Origin: Vicugna vicugna
Taxonomy: Eukaryota
Length of the DNA stretch: 62,000 nucleotides
NCBI GenBank assembly: GCA_013265495.1
Contig: MU061538.1
Location: 2,003,339-2,065,338 of the forward strand
Reading direction: 5' to 3'
The position numbers and the translations under genes were made by a program. Numbering within the stretch: the stretch's first letter is position 1; every line of letters starts with the position of its first letter. Below the pieces are notes generated by a model, which had not been told where the DNA came from, made no database searches, and saw only the letters and a program-made list of their open reading frames with translations. This document shows positions 46,120-59,984 of this stretch, piece by piece.

Positions 46120-46520
46120 AAGTTCGGTGGCCCATCCTCCCGCCCAGCCTCCAGCTCTGGCCTGAGCCCCTTCTCGGAGGGAAAACGCGCCTCCCACGCC
46201 CGCGAGCCGCGTCCCGGCGCCGCCCCTCTGATCCGGCCTCCTGAGCGCCCAGCTCGCCTGCCCAGACTTGGTGCTACAGACCCGGCTTTTGGAAGCGAAT
46301 CGAATCTGCCAGGTGGGGGCGGGTCGTCTTAGCTCACGGCCTCTTCCTCCCTCCATCCCGCCCCTGCCCGTGGGGGAACCTCAGTTCCAAGGTGGAGGAG
46401 GGAGGAAGACCATTCCTTTTCTCCTTACTCTTTAGTACATTGTCCACCGAAGCCGGCCCTTAGTCTCCAGCCCACCGCCCGCCAGGCCGTCCGCCTGCGT
46501 TGCCGCCCACTCACCAGCGC
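46120..46520. promoter_or_regulatory. Small orphan CpG island
   Basis: Local CpG enrichment with GC boxes. Confidence 0.55.
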
Positions 46521-49500
46521 TGGAGTCCGAGGCTCCCGCCTTGTGGGCTGCATGCTCCCAGGGCGTGCCCCTTGCCCCAGCCCTGTCCCTGTCTGATCCC
46601 GTACACTCCCCTCCACTTTTGACCATGAACCAGGACCCCAGCAACTCTCAGCAGCTGAGAGCTCAGGTCCCTCTAGTACTGCGAGGTGTCCCTGGGCTGG
46701 AGGAGGGTGTCAGGCCCCCACCCTGCCGCCGGCCCCACCCCCAGACCCGCAGAAGACCCGCCAGCAGGGGCAGGGACTGTTGGGGAGAAATGTCCCAGAC
46801 ACTCACCGCAGGTGCCTAGGGCGCACCAGAGTTCAGACTGGTCTTTCTGGAACCATAATGGCTTTTTTCCTGTGAGAGCCGGGGTACAAAGTCAGCCTTG
46901 CAACGGGCTCGCCACCTGCCCCTTGCATGCACATTCATACATGCACATTTGCAAATACACAGGCACACACTTGCAAATGCACCCTGCGCAACGCACAGGC
47001 CCCCAGAGGCCCGGCACAGGACTGCAGGGATCAGCTCTGGGGGATGGAGGAGGGAGGGTCTGCAGAGCTGCCCGTTGGCTCTGGGATGAGTCAGCCGGAG
47101 GGGCAATGGTCGCAGAGAGCTCGGCTCGAGCCATTTCCAATTACGCGAAAGGACGGAAGGCATGGCCTGGGTTGAAGACCCTGGAGCCGAAAGAGGCCAC
47201 CCCCAGAGCCTCGTGGAGGGGGCGGGAAAATTCAGTGCCCCTGGAGACAAGGGGTTAGTAGTTCTGACCCAGGCTGGCCTTTGCCCACCGGGAGCCAGGG
47301 AGAGGTCGGTGGCACAGGGTGCAGGGGGAGGGGAGGCTGAGACTGTGCACCAACCCCCACCCCAGCCTTGCCGTGGTGGTGGGGGCAGCGCAGTACTGTA
47401 TACCCAGCTTGGCCCAGATCCCTCGGAGGCGGAAGATGGAAGTTGGCTTTTGTCTGACCCGGTCAGACAGCCGTTTTGTGGGATAAAGGCTTAACGCTCG
47501 GTGAACATGCAGAAAAAGCTCCGCGCTGGCCCTCTGACAAGCCCATTGTCTGGGGCCTGAGCCCAGCGGTTTGGTCTGAAAGCGCCAAGTTCATGACATT
47601 TCAAAGAGAAATGATACTGGGAGTGGGGGTGGGAAGGGGAGGGAAGAGTGCGCAGAAGAAACACAACCCTAGAACGGAGATAACAGTATCTGGCTCCTGA
47701 TGAGGTACTCCTTGGCGACCCCCTGCACACCCATTCAGACTGAGCCCCTTTCTCGGGACGCATGTGGGCGGCGGATGAGCCAGGCTAACAGAGTCAGGAT
47801 CACCAAGGGTGTCGTCTGCAAGGTGAAGGTGCGAAAAGATGCCCAGATAAGCGCTGCGGAGGCCCCTGGGGCTCTCGGCCAAGCGGCGGGCCTTAGCGCA
47901 AGCTCCCATTGTCTGCCCTGCCCTGCGGGGGAGAACTTGCCAGGGGACTGTAGGTGACAACAGGAGTTTATTTTTAAAGAGCTAGAGTGTTACTTTCTTT
48001 AGCTTTTATTATTATTATTCCCATACCCTTAAAAAAAGAAAGAAACTATTTTCTAAGCCAGGGAGCAAAGGATCTTCCATTTTTAGTGTTTAATTTGTTT
48101 AATGTGCCTCTGCAAAAGCAAATAATCCGGGAGCGAAAGCAGAGGAGTCAGGAAATTGAATGTGTTTTGTCTCCAGCGAAGTTTCCCTTGAGTGATTCCG
48201 TTTGCTTTCTGTCTCGCCGACCAGGCTCGGCTCGCGGACCTCCAGCTTGCTGGGCCAGGCCGGCCGCCCCGTGCGGCTCCCCCACCGCAGGTGGCCGCGT
48301 GCCTCTGCCCCCCGGGCCCACTGGCCAGGTAAGCCATTCTCCGGAAGAACAAAGCGGGCCTTGCAGAGTCATTCTAATGCGAGGAGGAAATAGGATTAGG
48401 CCAGAGTATCAGTAAGGTAAGTCGGATTAACAGCAAGGCTCAGCGCGCTTTGGCATTCTTGTGCAATTTCTAATTGTACAAAGGTATACGTCTCCCTCCC
48501 CTGGTTTTATTTAAAGAGGCTGTTTGTTTGTGCCCAAGAGGTAGACGATGAGGATAATGCTCTGTGTGGAATTGGAAACGTATAACCTTGCAAAATGACA
48601 TCTCGCCCTGTAAAGTGTGACACGCACGGGCGGATAAAGGCAGTGCCATCGCCAGTCCTTTGTTAACGCGTCTTGCCCCCTGGCGTCCCTTTGATGGAAG
48701 GACACCCCGCGTGCTGCTACAGAGGTGTCTGCCAAACCGCGCCTTCCCCACAGGCGACCAGGGAGATGACTGATGCCCAAAGTCATTGTTTAAAAACTTA
48801 TGAACAGGGACTGTAGATCATTAAGTCATGGGAGCAAAGAGTTTGATGGGGAAAACTTTTTAGATACTATTGAAAAATATGTATCTGTATTGCATTTTGC
48901 CACAAGCAAAATTTAGTCTTCATTTGTTAACCAGGCTCCTGTGTGTGTCATAAATTAACAGTCTCTTTGGGGGCAAGGGAGGGAGCATTTGCCATTGTTT
49001 AAGTTTGCAAAAATCGTTCAGCAATAAACTTTGGGGGCAGAGGGCTGCAGATTCCTGGGCAGCCAAGGCTAGTTCATGGACCACCAGGAAGTCACTGCAT
49101 CTGACTGTCTGTGGCATTTCTGAAGGCCCTTTCCAGGATGAATTGCAGTTAGAAAGCAGAGGTGGGTAGGGGAGAGAATCAACTCCAAAGATTTTAGAGG
49201 TTGTGGCTGAGAGGGAAATGTGCATTTGAGGAAGCTCAGGGCCAAAGGAAAGGAAAGTTACTCTTGATCAAAGTTTCCCCTTTGGAGGAGGGCTGGGAGA
49301 GAGGGCAGCTCTGGGATTTCTGCTTCCATTTCAGACTCTGCATGAAATAGGTGGTAGGGCATGGATTTGGAACGTGAATTTCCATGGACAGAGATAGAGT
49401 TCCCCAAAGAACGTGCAGGGTCAGAGCTCTGGGAGGGTCAAGGCAGATGTGTTTCCCAGGGCTTCTGCCCACTCACAAAGGTAGGTCCTGCGCCTCCTGG

Positions 49501-50641
49501 TGCAGAAACGGACAGAGAAGTCTGCTCGGTCTGAGCGCTGGCCCTGCCTACCTTGCTACCTGCCCTCTGTGGGCTTCCGGGCTTCCCGCACTGAGCGGCA
49601 GGGGTCCTGCCGGTGTGTTTCCATAGCGTTCTCTGTGATGCATTTAGGTAAACTCAAGATGTCCGTGATTCCATTTTGATTAATCTTGCAAAAGGAGAGT
49701 CAAGGTTTTGTTCATTTTTAAAATGTCTTCCTCTTTTCCATATTTAATGCAGATGTGTGTGTATGAGCACTCATGGACTTTTGCAGGGCCACATCTCACT
49801 GACCCCTTGTTTTAATGGCTTGGTCTGCGACTTCATGCACCAGCGCCTCTTTTAAAACCGATCAAAATCCAGCTCACTGCTGAGGCTGTAGAGCTCGAGG
49901 TCCTGCGATTTTCCCTTCGTGGACAAGACCCACGACCCCTTGGTCTAAACTCTGTTCTGCTTACCTGGTACACATACTTTTATAGTGATTTATTTCCATT
50001 AGATGGCGGACAGTTCTAAAGGTCTAGAGAGCCCGACCCTGTTTGCCTCCTCCTCTCACTGTCTTTAGGTTATAAAATCTCTGAAGAGGTTTCCTCTACT
50101 TGAGCCCACATCTATGGTGAGGTTTCCATTTTCTCGGATGTCAGCATCATTACCTGAGTCCAGATGCTCTGTGGCAGAAGGAAGTGGGCCCAGAACACCT
50201 GGCTGCTCCCCTTCTGCACTCACCCTTCTCCTCTGCCTCATTTTGCTGGAACTTGGAGCCTGATGTGCCTTGGGGGGTCCCCAGACTGGGGCATGTTGAA
50301 CAACTGCTCCCACAGAAGACCACGGAAGAGCCAGCCGAGGGGAAGCAGCGGTCCGTAGCAGCTGTGAGCTGACCAGATGGGTAGAAAGCATCAGCATGTG
50401 CCCCCACTCTCATACCTCTATTTGCGTTGGGATGCACACCCCTCTGCTGACCTCACTGAGCTTGTCGGCGCAGATGTGCGTACTAGGGGGATGCTGTCTG
50501 TATTCCTGCAAGCAGCGTTGTTTGTTTACCTAGAAACTGAAAGTAAAGCTGAAGAATCCTCCCAGGTGAAGGTGTGTGCGCTGAAACCCCCTGAACAGAA
50601 ACAAAACCAGCAGCAACTCTGCCCCAGGTGCACGACTAGGC

Positions 50642-50672
50642 GGGGGGGGGGGGAAAAAAAGGGGGGGGGGGG
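50642..50672 (+). repeat. G12-A7-G12 homopurine mirror repeat
   Basis: Read directly: G 50642-50653, A 50654-50660, G 50661-50672. Confidence 0.9.
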
Positions 50673-53669
50673 AGTGCGGGAAGGAGTCGTGTTTTTTGTA
50701 GTAAATCTGGGCATGGTGGAGGAGCCCAGACTCAGGCCATTTAGTTTGCACCCCCTGCCCCCACCTCCCGCCCACAGACAGACACCGCAAGTAACTACCG
50801 TGGAGGCAGGGGGGCCCTGTATTTGTGCCTCTGTCGGCCTTGGGACTAGCAGTCCCCAGCCCGCAGTCCTCGCCCTTGGACCCAAGCTCCAGTGACCCAG
50901 GGTCCCGGTCTAGCTGGGCTGCTGGCTACACCGTGGTGGGGGAGTGTGGGCTTCTCCTGGGCGATCCTGGTTACTGAGGGTCCGGGGTCCTAGGTGGAGA
51001 AGCCAACCTCGGTGCAGAGGCCCTCGAGGGGCACTGCCCGCCTGAGTGGTGGGGGTCAGCCTGAGCCCGAGCTCCTCCGGGTTTTGTTCTGTCGAGAGGG
51101 TGCCTGGGGACACGAAGTGCTTGCAGAGCGCAGGGAAAATACTAGGAGAAACTGGGCAAGAATTCAGCCCCAGATCCGGGGAGGTCAGCTAAGCCAGATT
51201 TTAGGGAAGGCCAGCCAGGTGTGTGCTGGGCCTGGAGGGGCAGCGTGTTAGGTCTGTGGGGTTGACACTTCAGGGCGGCCCCTGCCTTAGGAAACTCCTT
51301 CTTTTGCAGACTCGAAGTGTGAGTATCGAGCATTGAGCGTTGAAGCTCAGGGGGCCCAGTGAGCCTTGCGATTCCCATTCCCACTCCCCGCCCCGGCCTG
51401 CTTAGGGGAAGGGACCCCAGTTAGAAAGGGAGAAATGGGAAGCTTTGGAAACCCACCACTCTAGTGATGAGAGTTGGAGAAAGGCAAACGCATTTCCAGT
51501 CGCCTGCTGTAAAGTAGGTTTAGTGAAATCTGTTCATGTTTGTGAGTATGTGTATTTATTTCAGATTTGTCTTCTCTAAATATGGCTTTATTGGATGTCC
51601 TAAACCCCCTGAATTGAGCCAGATCCAAAAGCTATCTCTTGGCCAAGTTCACACCGTCTCTCGTCTCTCTCCCTGGGCATCCCCACACATTTTATTTATC
51701 CTTCAGTTTTTTCAAACTTATTTTTGAACCCCATGAAGGCAGTTTTATTTGGCTTGTAAAGACTTTGTTTAACTCATTGAGTATGCACTGTAAAAGTTTC
51801 GCAGTCAAATGCCAGCCCGAATTCCAAATTGGGAAGTTAAATATTTGTTTTTAATTTTCTGGCTCAAAAATGTTAACTAACAGAAATGATTCTTTCTGCT
51901 CTAATGTGCTTGCATAAATGGGGTTGTTATTAGAAGCTTCCCCTGAAACCACACTGGCTTCCTGTCCTGACACAATGTGTTTGGAGACTCCATTCTTAAA
52001 AGAAATTTTAATATGTATAAACAAAATGCAAGTGCTTGCCCTCACAGTGCTTTGGGACAGGAGGCAGGACGGTGAGGACACAGCATTCATATTATTATTT
52101 GAGTAGCTTGATTATAGGCAGGTTTAAGTAAAAGAATGTATTTTTGTGGGAAATTGTAAAGGGGCTTGTTTTACAGAAAATATTGGCACCAAAGTCACCT
52201 TAATTGTTGTCCTTTTTAATATTATAATTGAAGATGGAATGCAGAAATTTGGAATTTTGTAAAGAATTTCAAGGTTGACTTTGCCAAATATTTTATCTTT
52301 GTTGCATTATTTTTCATATACCTATTTATACTTGCCACTTTCTTAAATTAAGCAAAGTGCTTTTGTTCACTGTGAGCAACCAAATGCAGAGAATACAAAC
52401 AGGTTTGGAAATAACCTCACACAGGACCCGCACACCATTGGGAATGGAACCAGAGAAAACTGCTTCCTCTGGGGAGGGGTGTTTCCAGGCAAATCAAATT
52501 GCAAACAGTTTAAAACACCCGGCTCAAACTAATGCTTGCATGTGATGGAAAAGGCACCGGCTGACCGTGAACCAAAGTGGACTGCGTTATAAGGAACTGG
52601 TGCCCCCACACCCTCACACCTGACCTAGCCTCTGGGGGAATGGGCGCGCCTAACACCTGGGGAGGAGAGAAATGCATAACCGCCACAGCAACCACTAGTT
52701 ACCTATCTTAACTAGTATGCCATTTACAACCTCTCTGCTTCATCCTCCAACGTCTAAAGGAAGCAAAGATGCCACCTACCTATGTCTGGGTCTCTGACAG
52801 CGACAGCACAAGAGAACCATGGGGAACCCACTTCTGTTTCTTATGGGACGCACACCAAGGACCCTTTCTTCCCCTAAACCTGGTGTTAACTTCCATGAGT
52901 AATGCCCGCTGCACCTCCCAGAGTGCCCTGAACTGCTTACATCTCTTTTCAGCCAAGCAGGGTTTGTCTGAAGCCTGCCCTTTATGGCATCCACATGTCT
53001 CCTGCATGAGACGCATGTAGGGAAGGCGGCCATGTATAACTAGAGCTACATAGGTTTTAGTGGGTTGGATACGCAGCTTGAGTCCATGAGGCCCCCTCCC
53101 CCTTCCTGGGCCCCCCCTCTCCCCGGAAAGGAAAGAGTCACAGCTTTCTAGTCCCCAAGGTGGGTAGGGATGGAGAGGCTCCTAGGGGGCAAGTCATTTC
53201 TTCTCACCAAACTCAGGGGTTTAGCAGATCACCAGGCAGTTCGTTCAACCACATACTCTGTAGCCAACACCATTTTAATTTTACCAGGAGAAGCTTCCCT
53301 TTCTCTGTGGTCTAGGACAGCCCTGTGGAAGCCCTCCCTGTCACACAGCTGAAAGGCAGCTGCCCCTCTGGCGTTGCCTTTCCTGGATCGTTTTGGATCT
53401 GCTCCCCGGGATCTGCAGGTTGCTATACTGGGGACTCAGCAAGTCCTCTGTGCCCCACTCCTGGCTCACTCCTGTCCTGGTGGGGTTGGGGCGTGAAAGG
53501 GGTGGCCCAGCAGGAAGGAAGGGGTTACTTCCCCTTTTACTCAATGCGTTCTCTTAACAACAGCAGGGAGAGTAGACAAGCGCGCTCACCTGCTACTTTC
53601 CACCCCTGCTGCCTTCCCCTGAGCAAGAGGAGCCCCTGTATTTAAAAAAGCCACCCCTCTTCCCCACAC

Positions 53670-56600
53670 TGAAACGCGAGGAGGTTTGGCTGTGCGCGCA
53701 GGGAGGCGGGGCGCGGCGCCCGCGGTGGGGACCCGGTCCTTCCTCGCGCGGCGGCACCGCGGACTGCGTTTGAAAGGCGGCCTGAGGGCGGAGGAGGTCG
53801 GAGGGGAAACGTGTCGGAGGGGAGAAGAGAGACCATTAGGACTTGTCCGGGTGTCTGCACTTTCCCGCCTTCCCTAAGTGACCTTTACGCCCGTGGCGGC
53901 GAGGAAGTAAACAGTATTGATTAGCTCCTTCGCTCGGTTCCACGGGGCCGCGCTCCGCGGTGCGAAATGAACCATTAGTGGACGCTACTGACCGAGCGCG
54001 CTGGCGGCCTCGCCCCATTCACATGTCCTCTCGTAATGAATTCGTCCATTTAGAAACATTACAAGGAATATTGGAGATTGACTGCCAGAGGAAGTGACAC
54101 TTGACCCTTGCATCCTGCGCCCTGGAGGGGACAGCAGCCCGATTTCAAAATAGCAGTCCCCGAGCAGCGCCGCGCGGCGGTGACCGGCCGCCGCCCTCCA
54201 GGGCCTCTCCGTCCCCACACCCGCCCCTCCCGCCTTGCAAGCCGCGTTCCCTGTTCGACACCTTTTCGCAGCCGCTTTTCAATCAAATGCACTGGGATGG
54301 CACCGAGCAGGCACCAGGGACAAGAAACACGGCACGAGAGACAACGCGCGAACAAGCCGATCCGCGCTCTCCAGCGCCCCCACCCACACGAGTTCTGCTC
54401 GCGGGGACCCCATCCCGCCCGCGCCGATCGCCGAGGGAGCTGGGGCCCGCAGGGTCGCCCCCGGGATGCAGGGACGTCCCGGCTCCCGTGCCCTTAGCTT
54501 CAGTCTCTGGCGGCTCCGTAACAAACTGGGCGAGCGCTTCTTGGCGAGCCCGGGGCTGGGGTGCTCGGGAGGTGGAAGGAGGGATGTCGCCCCTAATCTC
54601 CGCGCTCCCAATTCCCTTCCTGGAGGGGGCCGGAGCGAACAGCAGACCGAGATTCTGAGAGGAAGGAGAGAAATGAAAACAGAGAGGAGACGGGGGAAGG
54701 GAGAAGCGCCTTGGCGTGCGCCTGGCCCTCGGTCCTCCGCCCCCCAGACGCCTCACGCCCCGGGCCAGGCAGGGGAGGCTCGGAGACGGCAGAGCGCGGA
54801 TTGGGGGCACTCAGGACATCCACAACCATAATCGGGGTGCCGAGTGGGGCTTCTTAATTTTGAAGTCGGGGTGGGTGGGTGTGGCTGGAGCGCGCGGGCG
54901 CGCGAGGCCCCGCACTCGGATCGCTTCTCTCTGGTCTCCCGCGAGCCGCGCGGACCGGCCCAGGCTGTTCCGCCTGGGAGTCCGGCCGCGCCTTTTGTTC
55001 TGGCCGGTGGCCGTAATTTAACATAAAATGCCTATTAGAATTATTGCTGCTGTAACATGAGTTTCTCCTTGTTTTGCCACCAACTAACAGGATTAGCCAA
55101 CAAGAGCGAGATTTCAAATTAACCATAGAAATTACAAATTGCAATTCATTTAGCTTCCCATTTACTATATTAAAAAACATAAATAAATGAATCTGCGACC
55201 AGAGGTTTGAAACGGCCGCGAGGACGCCTGAGCAGTTGAACTCAGGCTCACGACCTGAGAGTCAGGGCTCCACGCAGGAGCGCTGCAGCGGCGGGATGTG
55301 CACCATCCTCCGAGGGACCAGGCAGAGGCAATGTGGGCTTTCAGGGTTCTTAGGACGAGGGAGGACGCCCCGATCTCTCAAGGATTCTGAGTGTCTAAGT
55401 TATTTCCTAGGAAGGGGCTGTGAGGGTAGGGGTGTGGGTGCAGAGGGGTGGTCTAGGGGAGAGGGATCGTCAGAGGGAAAGTTGGGGAAATGCAGCAAAC
55501 ACGGTTTGCAAAACTCGGGGTGGTGGCGATTCTGGTTTGGTGCCTAGAGTGTAAGGATTGAGATGCTGATGACTTTGGGGCTGCATTCCGAAGTAGACAC
55601 GTCCTAACCAAATTATTGCTTCCAGTTGGTTGGCACAGGCAGTGGGGTCTTTTTCAGGGAGCAGGCCATTCCTCTGGTCTGTGGGGCTGATGTTTGGAGC
55701 CAAGATGGCCTTTCAAACTCACTTTCTGCTTTCTCAGTTATTGAAGATTTAGGTGATACAAATGCCCAGAATCCTTAAGTTTTGTCTGAGCAGTAGACTC
55801 AGTGGAAACCTGACTTACGGAAGACGCACTGGGTCTGGGTGGGTGAGCAGAAGAGGATTCCTGTCCCTCCTGCTGGGGGTGGCCGACTGGGCAGTTCTCT
55901 CTCTCCTTTGGCTAAACGTCACTTAGAGGGAAACACTGACCGTGCTTTGTTCTCACTTGGCTGTTTTTTGTATTTGTTTAGTTCGAGAGATTTTGTTTCT
56001 AAGCCACGATGGTCTTTGGTAACCAACACACGTTTCCCTCCTCTTTGCAGCCAGACCGGGCCTCCCCAGGGCAGGCGGCGTTGCCCCCACCGCGTGCGAT
56101 CGGCAGGGGGCGCGCTGGGACGCCCTCGCCGCGCCAGCCTCCAGCCCCGCCGGCAACCCGGGCTGCAGTGGGTAGGGAGCCTCAAGCGTCTCTCCCCTCA
56201 AGTTGGCCCTCACCCGGGGGGCTTCTACCCACGGGGCACTTCCCGGGATTGGGAGAAGGGGTGCGCGCCCTGGCGTCCCAGTGAAGAGGACCCGGGAGTG
56301 GGCACCTAGCTGGCAACGCTCGGTGTGGCCCGGCTCGGATTCCTGGGGCTGTCCCAGGATCCTAAGAAAGAGCGCTAGGTTCCCCAAGCCGCCACCAAGA
56401 TGCACACCCTAGTTCTTTGCAGACGCACGTTCTTTGGCACCCTCGCATCCCCGTCTCCACTCTTGCTCTAAATTCTCAGGCCAACTCCAGAGGAGGACAT
56501 GCCTTCTCCCTAGAATGTTCTCGAATAAATCCCATACTAGTCTGATTCCACCCAAGCCCGGGTCTCCACGGTTAACGCCGGAGTAAGGAAGGCCGGGAAG

Positions 56601-57270
56601 AGGGCGAGAGGCGGGGTGGACACTTGGGGGTGCCCAGTGGGTCCTGCGTGGCGCCGGCACCGCTGTCCCACCAGATCTGACCTTTCTCGCCCTCCTGAAC
56701 CTGCTCAAAGGTTGGGCAGGCCCCACAGAGAGGGCATTTCCAGCTTAGGGAGGCTGGGACGCAGGGGCCCAGACTTTTCCAGAAGCTCTGCGGTGCCATG
56801 AGGCGGCTGGTGTTGTGGCGGACGAGGCCTTGGGGCCTTTGATGGCTCCCCGGAAAGGGTGCGCTAGGCACCCGGGCTTCGCCCCCACCACCTGGCGGAG
56901 CGACGCGCCCCGGCCCACAGCCATACCTTCTGGCCGGCCTCGGTGACCCAGAGGAGAGGAGCGCGCGCAGCCCGAACCCCGCGCGGCACCTTTCCTGGAC
57001 AAAGGAGTGCGGGGCGGAGCGGGAGTTGTTTTCTGTTCCGGCTCGCTCCGTCATCCTCGAACCCGGAGCCAGAAGGCGGAAATGGGAGTTTGTTCAGCTC
57101 TCCGCCAACAACCGCTCATCTTTCTTCCCTCCGACTCAGCGCGCCGCGACCCAGTTCCCGGGTGCAGGGAGCGGGAGAAGCCTTTGTCCGGCTGACGAAG
57201 ACCGGAAAGCTCCCTGGCCGGCTGGGATGGGCCAGGCTGCAGGGGGTCCCCGCGCCCCTCTGCAGGTTCG
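53670..57270. promoter_or_regulatory. Large distal orphan CpG island cluster (53670-55010 and 56050-57270) with embedded AT-rich blocks
   Basis: High CpG density, no recognisable interspersed repeats, no recognisable coding exon. Confidence 0.75.
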
Positions 57271-59064
57271 GGGTTGCTGGGCTGAACCCTTGAGCATGGG
57301 TTAGGGCACCTCCTCAGATCCTGACCGTGTTCTTTTGTGGCCCCAAACTGTTCCCTTGCGCCCGCTGGAATCCTTGCAGAATCCTGGCAAAGATACCTAG
57401 TCCGTGCAAAACAGGGCCTTCAGCAGGGCTTGAGGCTGAGAATCCTTCCTGTGACCGCGGGAGGAGCCTGCTTCCCAGCGGCCGGGAGCAGGAGGGCAGT
57501 GGCTGGGGAATGTGGAACCACCCCGCGTTTACAGCGATCGCCAGGGTTCACCCAGTGCTGGCGCAGGCCGGGTGGCTCTTCTCTCCAGATGATTTATTTT
57601 TTTAAATCCTTCCAACCACTCACTGACAGGTACATTACTATTTCCATCGTACCTCTGGGGAACCAGGGCTGCACAGCTAGAAAGTGGCTGAATTTGACCA
57701 AGAATTGCCTCTAGAGCTGCTACTCTGGGATCCCCTCTGGGACCCCGCCTGGAGCCTGCTCTGGGCCGTTGGTCTCAGGTTGCTGGCCTGTAAAGTGAGG
57801 GTGATCAGCCCAACCTACTGACGTCGTCGTGGAGTGAAGCTCACTCTGGAAAGTAGAACTACCTCAGCACGTGAGGTTTGCGTGCAGTGGGGTGGAACAG
57901 ACTGCGGTTGCCTCCTTGCTCGGGCAGCCTGGTTGCGGGGTGTGGGCACACTCCTGACCGCAGTTGCTCCCCCTTGGACCAGTGGGGCCCCAGCAGGCAG
58001 CACCTGGCACTTTGATGATTTAAACTGTGGAAATGGTCAGAGATCCACAGTCAGCTGGTGAGTCTCGGAGCTGGGACAGCTAGAGGGGGGAGTCCTATGG
58101 GAGCAGCAGGCTGGACCCACAGGTTTCTGGTGCCAGCAATCAACCAACTTTATTAAACGTCTGCCATGGGCCCAATATTGCGTTTGGTGCACTGGGGGCC
58201 CTGCAGGGTGTTGGCGCCTCAGCCCCCAGCTTGCTTCGGCCTCTGCATCCTCCACCCAGAAGAGGTGCCCTTGAGCGCAGCCACCTAGTCACAGCTGGAA
58301 CACACAGAGCTTCTGCCGGCCCGTCTGTGCCAGCAGGCTTGCCCGTTGCTCGCTAACCCTGTCAGCTTCACACTGGCAGTTTTTCTCACCTTCACATCTG
58401 GTCCAGTGCCTGGCCCGTGAGGAGAGCTCAGTCCTCATGGGCTCGGCTGGGCGGCTTCTCTCAGGCTGCAGTGTTTCAGGGACACACGCGTGAGTGAGGG
58501 ACAAGTGAGGGGACAGCAGCTCTGGGAGATGTTTATGAAGGATGCGCACAGAACAATCACGCATGGCAGCGGACAGCCCCTTTATACCTCCCTGGGGTCT
58601 GAGCACAGCGCTACCTGGTGAAGTCTCCCTGGTTCCTGAGGCTGATTTACCTCCACCCCTCCCCCACCCGCCCTGCCTGAGGCCTGGCCTCATCCACATC
58701 CGCTGACTGCAGAGGCCTTCTCCGGTCTAGGAGATGGGAACGTCCGTCCTCCCACCACTCCAAGTATGCAGGCGCGTCATCCATGGACGCGCGGAGCTGG
58801 CAGGGCAGGTGCCAGGGAGAAGGCCGGAGGGGGCGGTGGAGAAACGGACACCGTGCTCTCCCAGGGCCTGGCTTTGGGCAGAAGCGGCCTGTTCCCCCAT
58901 CTCCAGGTTATGGATGGGAAATTAGATCCTGCAAGGGCTAAATGATCAACTACTAGGACCCCAGCCAAGGGCCTGGAATTGTGGAGCCCTGTCCACTAAT
59001 ACCAGCAACTCGTGCTTGGACAGCACTCCCTACCTGCCTCACCCTCGTCCTACTTGTGAATGCA

Positions 59065-59195
59065 GCCCCACAACCAAGCTGGAAGACGGGTCCTATTCTC
59101 AGTCTTCCCATTTCGCAGGTGAGGAAACCGAGGCAGCACAGGTTTGGTGACTTGCCTGAGGTCACCCTGCCCGGTAAGTGGTAGAGCCTTGGTGT
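59065..59195 (-). mobile_element. MIR fragment
   Basis: cccatttcgcaggtgaggaaaccgaggcagcacaggtttggtgacttgcctgaggtcac...gtaagtggtagagcc. Confidence 0.8.
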
Positions 59196-59984
59196 GTCAC
59201 CAGTCTGGCCCTGCACAGCATCACCTCACAAAGAGATGCCTGTCCCCAGGAGAAGCCCCACCACCCAGCATGGACAGATGAGGAGAGACAAGCAAATTCC
59301 AGCCACCCACCTGGCTGCTGGGACCCAGCCTTTCACCCTGAGTCTCCAGGCTCCGTCCCGGAGGGCGGGCCTGCTGCAGGATACCTCGAATCTTCTCAGA
59401 TAAAAGGGCACAGCTGTCCCCACACGCCAGTACCCCCGACCCCTGCTGGGAGAGGTTCCAGATGCTGACTCCGGCTCTAGTGTCCCCCCTCATCCTTTGC
59501 TTTGATCTAATGAGTCTTAATCCCTGCTGACGACCTGGCCTCCATCCATCTGTTTCCGTCCACTATCCAGGCAGCAACGCCAGCCTCTTTGGGATTCGTT
59601 GGCCTGAACACCTGTTCCCAGCAGCGACTCTTTTTCCCTGAAACCTCCTGCCTTCCCACAGAGTGTCACAGACACAGCTGGAGTGATGCTGTCACTCTCC
59701 CCTCCCCCAAGTAAATGTCCCTTCAACCACCAAGAGAAAGTCAAGCATATTTGATACACAGCAGAGAAAAGGCAGAAGGTGTGTTTAACAAGAGATTAGA
59801 TGATTTCCTCCAAAGTGAGTAAAACGTGCTCAAAGTTGAGAAGCTGTCTTACGAGACATCTAGAAAACTCCCCAAGAAAACAAAGGGTTTTGCTCTAGTT
59901 CATTCCAGAGCTTTTCAACCCTTGCGACACCAGTGAAGACTTAGGAGCCTGCCTGGATGGGGGCTTGCAGCGTGGCTCTGGCGC

